A DNA stretch of 63,318 nt, filler included, from Octopus bimaculoides (Eukaryota): the NCBI RefSeq assembly GCF_001194135.2. It is 7 parts of 7 records of this genome, joined end to end, with 100 filler letters (N's around TTAATTAATTAA, not from the genome) between each part and the next. Parts side by side here need not be neighbours in the genome. Positions count along the whole stretch, not along the records: positions 61,873 to 63,318 come from NC_068992.1; 6 more parts are not named here. One strand, 5' to 3'. Positions 63,133 through 63,318 of this stretch are shown here, piece by piece. The notes beneath the pieces are model-generated. The model was not told the DNA's origin. It saw only the letters and a program-made list of their open reading frames with translations, and did not search any database. The translations under genes were made by a program, and so were the position numbers. Every line of letters starts with the position of its first letter. Position 1 is the first letter of the stretch.

Positions 63133-63318
63133 ATTAGTTTGTATGTCTGTGTTTGTCCCCCCAACATCGCTTGACGACCGATGCTGGTGTGTTAATGTCT
63201 CCGTAACTTAGCGGTTCGGCAAAAGAGGCCGATAGAATAAGTACTAGGCTTACAAAGAATAAGTCCTGGGGTCGATTTGCTTGACTAAAGGCGGTGCTCC
63301 AGCATGGCCACAGTCAAA
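62945..63318 (+). mobile_element. Composite tRNA-SINE, runs off the window end
   Basis: Same family as 11616-12010. Confidence 0.85.

Overview
Repeat-rich, heavily gapped eukaryotic DNA, almost certainly a cephalopod and probably Octopus. This is inferred from the SINE/LINE families, the microsatellite load and synthetic TTAATTAATTAA pads inside N-runs. The left half (about 4.3-27.8 kb, + strand) holds 11 internal coding exons of COG6 (conserved oligomeric Golgi complex subunit 6). They splice into one open frame of 1123 nt, using two GC-AG introns; the upstream exons and the terminal exon were not found. The introns contain tRNA-type SINEs, RTE and CR1-like LINE fragments, Tc1 and Penelope fragments, a solo LTR and a young TIR MITE carrying telomeric repeats. 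The right half (about 29-63 kb) has no recognisable host gene and retains CpGs much better. It contains SINE arrays, Gypsy, Tx1 and Penelope relics and several unrelated minimal hammerhead ribozyme (HHR) motifs. The most notable structure is at 50951-52005: a Neptune-type GIY-YIG endonuclease remnant with no RT, bounded by long inverted repeats that each encode an outward-facing hammerhead, with a compensatory change in stem II. A second 540-bp palindrome with an HHR-like motif in each arm and no ORF lies at 43558-44095. A Penelope copy at 54-55.3 kb has a ~190-codon Thr/Asp-rich insert inside its GIY-YIG motif. All calls come from manual reading; no searches or folding programs were run. Most ORFs in the supplied track are artefacts of N-runs and microsatellites.
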